From positions 2,240,001-2,304,000 of the forward strand of contig OY776562.1 of NCBI GenBank assembly GCA_963675785.1: a stretch of 64,000 bases of DNA. Direction: 5' to 3'. Position 1 is the stretch's first letter. Each line of letters begins with the position of its first letter. Shown one piece after another: positions 57,952 through 64,000 of this stretch. This stretch comes from Anaerolineae bacterium. Lineage in GTDB: Bacteria > Chloroflexota > Anaerolineae > UBA1429. A program made the translations under genes and the position numbers. The notes beneath the pieces were generated by a model. The model had not been told where the DNA came from. It did no database searches and saw only the letters and a program-made list of their open reading frames with translations.

Positions 57952-58263
57952 TTACTCTTTGACCGGTTTTCCAGACGATATAATTGCTTCAAGATCCGTC
58001 GCGTACTGCTCCAGAGCAACACGCGACGGGTCATCGAGCTCTGTTTTGAGTGCCGCTGCCAAGCTCCCCCTATTAGAGAGCGCCTTGCGCCAACACTCGG
58101 GCTTGTTGCAGATATAGGCTCCTCGCCCCTGCGCCTTGCCGGTATGATCTACCTGCACAGACCCATCGGGGGATCGCACAACCCTCACCAGGTCCCTCTT
58201 ATCACGAACCTGTCGGCAGGCGATGCAGGTTCGCTGTGGCTTTTTGCGCTGCTTTATGGCCAC
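57952..58263 (-). CDS. ylxR: YlxR (RnpM/DUF448) RNA-binding protein
   Basis: PQRTCIACR, LVRVVR, GRGAYIC. GTG start with GAGGA SD. Confidence 0.93.
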   Translation of the reverse strand: MAIKQRKKPQRTCIACRQVRDKRDLVRVVRSPDGSVQVDHTGKAQGRGAYICNKPECWRKALSNRGSLAAALKTELDDPSRVALEQYATDLEAIISSGKPVKE

Positions 58264-58274
58264 GTGTTCCTCGT

Positions 58275-59753
58275 TTATTCGTCCTCTTCGCCCAGTTGCT
58301 CGTCCCAGCGCCAACGACTGTTGGGGTTCTCAGGCTGACGCTTTTTACGCGCCGGCCGGGGGGCAACACGCACACCATCTCCCTCGGTTTCGCGAGGGTG
58401 ACGAGCACGAGTCTTTTTGCTACTGGAAGACTCTGCAGCCTCATCAGGCGGCACGCTCACCACTGCGTCATCCACAACAATGGGCTCATCCAATATATCC
58501 TCTAGTGAGGCCTCATCAAACTCGGAATCCTCACTATCGAGAACAGCTTCATCAACAAGACCTTCATCCTCGGATGCGACACTGGGGTTGGCCGAACCAC
58601 CAAGAAGCGACTCCGCTTGGGCAAGTAATTCGGCGGCAGCCCTTACTTCGGCATCCCGTGCATCCGTACGAAGTTTTGCTTCCCGCGCTACTTCTTCCAG
58701 CTCGGCAGCTTCTTCAGCATCCATCTCTTCACTACGGATGTCGATACGCCAACCAGTAAGCTTGAAAGCAAGGCGGGCGTTCTGCCCTTCCTTGCCAATA
58801 GCCAGCGAAAGAGCATTCTCCGGCACTACAACCTTGGCCGTCTTTTCGTCAGCGGCAAGGTAAACAGCCGTAACCTGTGCGGGGCTCAATGCGTTGGCAA
58901 TGAACACCGATTGATCATCAGACCAGGGTACTATGTCAATCTTTTCACCATTCAGCTCGCTAACGATGCTCTGAATACGCACGCCGCGCATGCCCACACA
59001 AGAACCAACCGGATCTACGCCCTTTTGCGCCGAATAAACGGCTACTTTGGAGCGAGAACCCGCTTCACGAGCGATGGCCTTGATCTCAACCGTCCCATTA
59101 TAGATCTCGGGCACCTCGAGTTCGAGCAAACGACGCAACAACCCCGGGTGCGAACGCGAGACGATGATCTGCGGGCCGTGTGTCGAATGATCTGCTTCAG
59201 CGATATAGACACGCACACGCTGACCAAACTTGTAGAACTCGCGTTGCATTTGCTCTGACCGGGGCATAACAGCTTCAGCTTTACCCAAGCTCACCGTTAC
59301 CGTACCCGATTTGCCGTCCACGTTACGAACAACGCCATTGGCGATTTCCCCAACACGATCAACGTATTCACTGTAAACCGAGTCACGTTCGGCCTCACGA
59401 ATACGCTGCATAATGACTTGTTTTGCCGTTTGTGCGGCAATCCGCCCAAAGTTACGCGGACGCAGCTCAATTTGAACCGTATCCCCGATTCTTGACGATG
59501 TATCGCGCATCCTGGCGTCCTGAAGAGAAATCTGGACGCGCTCATCTTCTACTGCTTCGACCACATCCTTGACAACATAGACAGTGGCCTTGCCAGTATG
59601 TCGATCAACAGAGACAGAGATATTCTCGTCAGTGCCATAATTACGCCTATAGGCAGACACTAACGCAGCCTCAATTGCCTCGATGATCACCTCGGGCGAG
59701 ACGTTACGGTCCGAACAGAGCTGAGTAATGGCAATCTCAAACTCGCTCTTCAT
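58275..59753 (-). CDS. nusA: Transcription termination/antitermination factor NusA, with acidic C-terminal tail
   Basis: [48 protein letters not shown]. Start trimmed to MKSEF. Confidence 0.97.
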   Translation of the reverse strand: MKSEFEIAITQLCSDRNVSPEVIIEAIEAALVSAYRRNYGTDENISVSVDRHTGKATVYVVKDVVEAVEDERVQISLQDARMRDTSSRIGDTVQIELRPRNFGRIAAQTAKQVIMQRIREAERDSVYSEYVDRVGEIANGVVRNVDGKSGTVTVSLGKAEAVMPRSEQMQREFYKFGQRVRVYIAEADHSTHGPQIIVSRSHPGLLRRLLELEVPEIYNGTVEIKAIAREAGSRSKVAVYSAQKGVDPVGSCVGMRGVRIQSIVSELNGEKIDIVPWSDDQSVFIANALSPAQVTAVYLAADEKTAKVVVPENALSLAIGKEGQNARLAFKLTGWRIDIRSEEMDAEEAAELEEVAREAKLRTDARDAEVRAAAELLAQAESLLGGSANPSVASEDEGLVDEAVLDSEDSEFDEASLEDILDEPIVVDDAVVSVPPDEAAESSSSKKTRARHPRETEGDGVRVAPRPARKKRQPENPNSRWRWDEQLGEEDE

Positions 59754-59776
59754 GTATCCCGACCTCTCCGACAATA

Positions 59777-59802
59777 AGAAAAGTGGGGGATGCCCACTTT
59801 TT
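59777..59802 (-). promoter_or_regulatory. rimP/nusA-leader-like hairpin (weak NusA-dependent terminator/attenuator)
   Basis: Minus strand AAAAAGTGGG-CATCC-CCCACTTTTCTT, between the promoter and the nusA SD. Confidence 0.65.
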
Positions 59803-59824
59803 CATGAATCCACTAGTTGACAAT

Positions 59825-59853
59825 AGTATAATACCGTGACGGCCCAACTGCAA
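59825..59853 (-). promoter_or_regulatory. nusA operon promoter TTGCAG-N17-TATACT
   Basis: -10 at 59825-59830, -35 at 59848-59853. Confidence 0.7.
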
Positions 59854-59885
59854 ATACCCACTCCCTCGCCAGAGGAAGCGGGTAT
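59854..59885 (-). terminator. Hairpin after proS
   Basis: ATACCCGCTTCCTC-TGGC-GAGGGAGTGGGTAT; short U-tract abutting the nusA -35. Confidence 0.5.
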
Positions 59886-59902
59886 GTATCTCCTCAGGCA
59901 CT

Positions 59903-61618
59903 CTAGAACGGTGGGTTCTCTAGAATCGCATCGATTTGGGCCTCGAGTTGGTCGCTGGGCACCGTGGTGCGATCATCCGCCCACCTGGCCTTGACCTCAA
60001 AAGCACTCTCATCCATCATTCGCTTGCTAACCGTCACACGAACGGGGATACCAATCAGATCGGCATCATTGAACTTGACGCCTGCACGCTCGTCACGATC
60101 ATCAAAGAATACCTCATACCCCGCAGCAAGCAGTCGCGCATACAAGGCTTCGGCAGCACTGGCAACCTCTTGGTTGTTACCGGCCAGCGATACGAGATGC
60201 ACCTGGAAAGGAGCAATGCTCACCGGCCAGATGATGCCCTGATCATCGTGATGCTCTTCGATGACGCAAGCTAGTAACCGCCCCAGACCAATGCCATAAC
60301 AACCCATGATTAGCGGCTGAGCAACACCATCAGCATCCAAAAAGTTGGCGCCTACGGCCTCGCTATATTTAGTGCCCAGCTTGAACACATGACCCACTTC
60401 AATGCCGCGTGCTTCTGTCAGGGTACCCCCGCAATGGGCGCAATGGTCTCCCTCACGGGCCAAGGCAATATCGGCCACGATCTTGGCTTCGAAATCACGC
60501 CCGTAATTCACATTCAAATAGTGGTAACCCGGTTTGTTGGCTCCGCCTACAAAGTTGGTGCCAGACATGGCCGAGTCATCGGCCACAACCAAAAGATCCG
60601 AAATACCAACAGGGGAAGCATACCCAGCCACCAGGCCAGCCGCTGCCAACTCTTCTGCCGTAGAGGCATGCAGTTCCTCGCCGCCCAGTACGTTAGAGAG
60701 CTTTTGTTCGTTCACAGCCAGGTCGCCGCGAATAATGACAAACACCACCTCACCGCTAAGGCGAGAATAGAACACCGCTTTGAGCGTCTGACGCGTCTCT
60801 ATACCGAGAAAAGCTGCCACCTGTTCAATGGTCGTTTGGTTGGGTGTTGCCACCAGCTCCATATCGAGTAGCTCGCCATCCTGAGCAGTGCCTTTATCAA
60901 AAATGGCCGCTTCAGCATTGGCTGCATACCTGCAGGTGGGGCAAAAAACCAAGGTATCCTCGCCAGAATCGTTGATGCTGATAAACTCGTGCGAACCCGA
61001 GCCGCCCATCATGCCACTGTCAGCTTCTACAGCCACTGCATCCAGCCCGCAGCGCCTAAAAATGTTCTTGTAGGCATCGTAAACGCGCGGATAATAAGCA
61101 TCCAGGCTCTCCCAATCCGCGTGAAAACTGTAGCCGTCCTTCATAAGGAACTCTCGTACGCGTACCAAGCCGCCGCGAGAACGCGGTTCATCGCGGAACT
61201 TGGTCTGAATCTGATAGACCATGGCGGGCAGCTGCTTGTACGAGCTAATCTCCTGGCGGGCCAGATCGGTTACAACCTCTTCATGGGTCATGGCCAACAC
61301 CATCTCGTGGTTACCACGATCGGTAAAGCGCAGCAAAGCCGGGCCAGGCGCAGGCGCATCATAGCGCCCCGTGGCACGCCAAACTTCGGCGGGGTTAACG
61401 ACCGGCATCTGAATCTCCTGGCCGTCCACTGCGTCCATCTCTTCACGCAGAATCTGCTCTATTTTATTGATCACCCGCAGACCCATAGGCAAGTAACTAT
61501 AGATGCCCACAGCCAATCGCCGAATCAAACCGGCGCGCATTGAAAGCTGGTGACTCACCATCTCTGCGTCAGATGGAATCTCGCGCAACGTGCGTGCGAA
61601 TAAGGATGATGCTCGCAT
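59903..61618 (-). CDS. proS: Proline--tRNA ligase (bacterial type, with INS editing domain)
   Basis: THEE, YQIQTKFRDEPRSRGGLVRVREFLMKDGYSF, GIEVGHVFKLG, MGCYGIG. Confidence 0.97.
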   Translation of the reverse strand: MRASSLFARTLREIPSDAEMVSHQLSMRAGLIRRLAVGIYSYLPMGLRVINKIEQILREEMDAVDGQEIQMPVVNPAEVWRATGRYDAPAPGPALLRFTDRGNHEMVLAMTHEEVVTDLARQEISSYKQLPAMVYQIQTKFRDEPRSRGGLVRVREFLMKDGYSFHADWESLDAYYPRVYDAYKNIFRRCGLDAVAVEADSGMMGGSGSHEFISINDSGEDTLVFCPTCRYAANAEAAIFDKGTAQDGELLDMELVATPNQTTIEQVAAFLGIETRQTLKAVFYSRLSGEVVFVIIRGDLAVNEQKLSNVLGGEELHASTAEELAAAGLVAGYASPVGISDLLVVADDSAMSGTNFVGGANKPGYHYLNVNYGRDFEAKIVADIALAREGDHCAHCGGTLTEARGIEVGHVFKLGTKYSEAVGANFLDADGVAQPLIMGCYGIGLGRLLACVIEEHHDDQGIIWPVSIAPFQVHLVSLAGNNQEVASAAEALYARLLAAGYEVFFDDRDERAGVKFNDADLIGIPVRVTVSKRMMDESAFEVKARWADDRTTVPSDQLEAQIDAILENPPF

Positions 61619-61765
61619 GTACTGGCCTCCTTGCTATAGGTCAACAGTATAGGGGAATCACAGTTCAGGGCCAACTAGCCAAACGCAACGAGAAAACCCC
61701 AACTTTGACCCACGCCCCCACCCGTCGTAACATCCGATGTTGTGTCTAGTTTGGGGAGATTGTAA

Positions 61766-62389
61766 ATGATCCTGGATAGAATTCGTGTTGGTGATATGCG
61801 CACCAATTGCTATATCCTCGGCGATGAAAACACCCGAGATGCCCTTTTGGTCGATCCCGGCGCCGATGGAGACATTATTCTTGAGCGATGCCAAGAACTT
61901 GGGCTAACCATCACCAACATCGCCCTAACTCACTTTCACTTTGACCACATCATCGCCCTGGATGAGATACGCAAAAAAACAGGTGCACCAGCCTATATCC
62001 ATGCCCTTGACGCCGAACCCCTGCGCGCGCCGCACCCCATGTTCTACACCTGGTGCCGCGGAATCCCTACCGGTCTGGTTGCGGACCACACTGTTATAGA
62101 GGGAGATATCATCCGCTTTGGGCAATATAAAGCCGCCGTACTTCATACCCCGGGCCACTCTCCGGGCGGCATGTCACTATATATAGAAAAAGAAGCCACC
62201 GTTTTGACCGGCGATGCCCTCTTTTATCACAGCATTGGCCGCACAGACCTGCCGTGGAGCAGTGGCGCTGATCTCAAAGCAGGCATCCGCACACGCCTGT
62301 TCACACTTCCCCCAGAAACACTCGTCTATCCGGGGCACGGCCGGCCCAGCACCATTGGCGAAGAAATAGCCAATAATCCCTACATCTAG
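61766..62389 (+). CDS. MBL-fold metallo-hydrolase (glyoxalase II-like)
   Basis: THFHFDHI (HxHxDH), HTPGHSPG, TGDALF, GRTDL, YPGHG. Confidence 0.92.
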   Translation: MILDRIRVGDMRTNCYILGDENTRDALLVDPGADGDIILERCQELGLTITNIALTHFHFDHIIALDEIRKKTGAPAYIHALDAEPLRAPHPMFYTWCRGIPTGLVADHTVIEGDIIRFGQYKAAVLHTPGHSPGGMSLYIEKEATVLTGDALFYHSIGRTDLPWSSGADLKAGIRTRLFTLPPETLVYPGHGRPSTIGEEIANNPYI

Positions 62390-63234
62390 GAAGCCGGGAA
62401 GCAGCTCTCAATCACGGTGCGCGCTTGGTCTGAGAGAAGCCAATCGGCCAGCTCACGACCGCTACCGGCTATATCATCAGGCGCTACCAACACCACGTCG
62501 AGCAGCATAGGCCAAGCTTCGGCATCGCTACAGTCGTATGAAGCACCATCGATAGTAACGATTTGGACGCCATCGAGGGCTCGTGCGACCGAGGCCGCGC
62601 AGTAGCCAACTGCACCAATGTTGCCTCGCACATAATCCACGATGGTACGATCATCGGGCATAACAATGCAGGCAGAGCTGTTGGGTTCTCCTTCGAGCAT
62701 AGCCTCTTGCCAAAGCGCAGAACGAGAAGCATCCGCTTGTACCAGCACCTCAGGGGCACCCTGCCCCATGCTCAAATCCGCCCAATCCAGCACAAAACCG
62801 TGGTAGAGGTCCTGCAAAGCATTATCCTCAATATCGGAAATGGCACTATCCGGATGAGAGATAAACACCAGGCCATCATGAGCGATGACCGCGCTACCAA
62901 ACCCCTCATCAAGTTCTAGCGTGGTGCCGGACGGAATCAATACAATGGCTAACTCAGTCGTGCCCTCTGCAACCATGGCGATAGCATCGGTCGAAGTAGT
63001 CTCGTAAAGATCGAGGAGTAACGGCCCATCGTCAGAAGCAGCTTCACAGGCCTCGATGAGGAAGAAACCCGCGGTATCTACCGCCACAGGCAATCCCTCG
63101 ACATTGGGCAGAGGTTGCAGTTCAGGCTCGGTCGTCAAAGAGGCGAACGGCGAGCAGGCTGCCAGTACTACGGCAAGCAGTAGACATGCCACACTCAAAA
63201 GCCAACGCCGCAAACGCCGATGCCTGAAATTCAT
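62386..63234 (-). CDS. PstS-like (PBP2 fold) substrate-binding lipoprotein
   Basis: Lipobox LAAC, IAHDGLVFISHP, LQDLYHG..LDW, VRGNIGAVGY. ATGA overlap with uppP. Confidence 0.7.
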   Translation of the reverse strand: MNFRHRRLRRWLLSVACLLLAVVLAACSPFASLTTEPELQPLPNVEGLPVAVDTAGFFLIEACEAASDDGPLLLDLYETTSTDAIAMVAEGTTELAIVLIPSGTTLELDEGFGSAVIAHDGLVFISHPDSAISDIEDNALQDLYHGFVLDWADLSMGQGAPEVLVQADASRSALWQEAMLEGEPNSSACIVMPDDRTIVDYVRGNIGAVGYCAASVARALDGVQIVTIDGASYDCSDAEAWPMLLDVVLVAPDDIAGSGRELADWLLSDQARTVIESCFPAS

Positions 63235-64000
63235 CGAACCAGCCAGACGGTAATGCCCACAATGCCTGCCACCCAACAATAATAGGCGAACCCTTTGATG
63301 CTATGCTTTTGAACCAGGTTCAATAACCAACGAATAGCAAAATAGCCGCACAAAGCCGCTGCCACAAAGCCCACCGCCAACACACCCCACGATTCACCCA
63401 TGGCCGCGCCTGAAAAAGCATCAGAAATCTTGAACACGGCAGCCCCGGCAATCAGCGGAATGCCCATGATAAAGCTAAAACGCGCTGCCGTCGGACGATC
63501 CAGCCCAGACAATAGGCCTGCAGAGATGGTCGAGCCAGAACGGGAGATACCCGGCGCAATAGCCAGTGCCTGGCCCAGCCCCATGACAACCGCATCACGC
63601 ACGGAAATCTGCCGCATATTGCGTTCACGGCGACCCAGGCGATCGCTGACAAACAAAAACACCCCCGTCACCAGTAGCAAGCAGGAAACGATGATGGGCG
63701 AACCAAATAGCGACTCAAACCAGTCATCGAGCAAATAGCCCAGCACAGCCCCGGGGATAGCCCCCAAAATCACCAGCCACGGCAAGCGTTCGAAAGGCGT
63801 TGCCAGGCTACGATGACGTAGACTGGACCAAAAACCCTTGAACAACTCGATGATATCCGCCCAAAAGTAAATGATGACCGCCACCAAAGTACCCAAGTGC
63901 ACTACCGTATCGAACAACAATGACGAGGCCGACCAGTTCAAAAGCCAAGGCACAAGTACAAGATGTCCCGAACTGCTCACCGGCAGAAACTCGGTTGCAC
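63231..64000 (-). CDS. uppP: Undecaprenyl-diphosphatase UppP (BacA); 5' end outside the window
   Basis: ATEFLPVSSSGHL, HLGTLVAV, QALAIAPGISRSGSTI, AARFSF. Confidence 0.96.
   Translation of the reverse strand, partial: ATEFLPVSSSGHLVLVPWLLNWSASSLLFDTVVHLGTLVAVIIYFWADIIELFKGFWSSLRHRSLATPFERLPWLVILGAIPGAVLGYLLDDWFESLFGSPIIVSCLLLVTGVFLFVSDRLGRRERNMRQISVRDAVVMGLGQALAIAPGISRSGSTISAGLLSGLDRPTAARFSFIMGIPLIAGAAVFKISDAFSGAAMGESWGVLAVGFVAAALCGYFAIRWLLNLVQKHSIKGFAYYCWVAGIVGITVWLVR

Noticed and set aside
57645-58034. 129-aa minus ORF as a candidate ylxQ
   Set aside because: It overlaps ylxR and infB out of frame and shows no L7Ae-like motifs.
61619-61765. T-box riboswitch upstream of proS (also checked for hisS)
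   Set aside because: The leader is too short (promoter about 30 nt from the start) and has no T-box consensus.
15450-63738. Long antisense or alternate-frame ORFs over dcw, obgE, hisS, truB, infB, proS and others
   Set aside because: They are fully overlapped by well-supported housekeeping genes and lack recognisable motifs.

Overview
Core-genome window from a Chloroflexota bacterium, probably Anaerolineae-like. The 16S carries exact matches to the Chloroflexi probe sites GNSB941 (8283-8299) and CFX1223 (8011-8030). Almost all genes are on the minus strand. In order, the window holds: a truncated ABC-F ATPase; infA; two apparently identical rRNA operons in tandem (16S-tRNA-Ile-tRNA-Ala-23S-5S, 5719-bp direct repeat with a 58-bp spacer); nrdR; a dcw cluster from mraZ to ftsZ without murE; nadD-obgE-mnmG; recN-nadK-hisS; an L,D-transpeptidase; a translin/TRAX homologue; TPR proteins and lipoproteins; a nusA-ylxR-infB-rbfA-DHH-truB-ribF operon running straight into archease-rtcB; proS; and uppP. 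I found no mobile element or CRISPR array. The most unusual signals are: (1) the divisome PBP FtsI has its KTG motif replaced by QWG; (2) archease-RtcB is coupled to the ribosome-biogenesis operon, with a translin nuclease nearby; (3) a ~180-nt hairpin with a Met-rich uORF sits where ylxQ normally lies, ahead of infB; (4) the 16S has a long purine-rich helix-6 insertion and a 3'-terminal 806R primer mismatch; (5) a perfect 32-bp palindrome is centred on the infA -10 box; (6) each rrn copy has four sigma70-type promoters at ~100-bp spacing. All family assignments come from motif recognition by eye. No database search was run, and rRNA ends are approximate.
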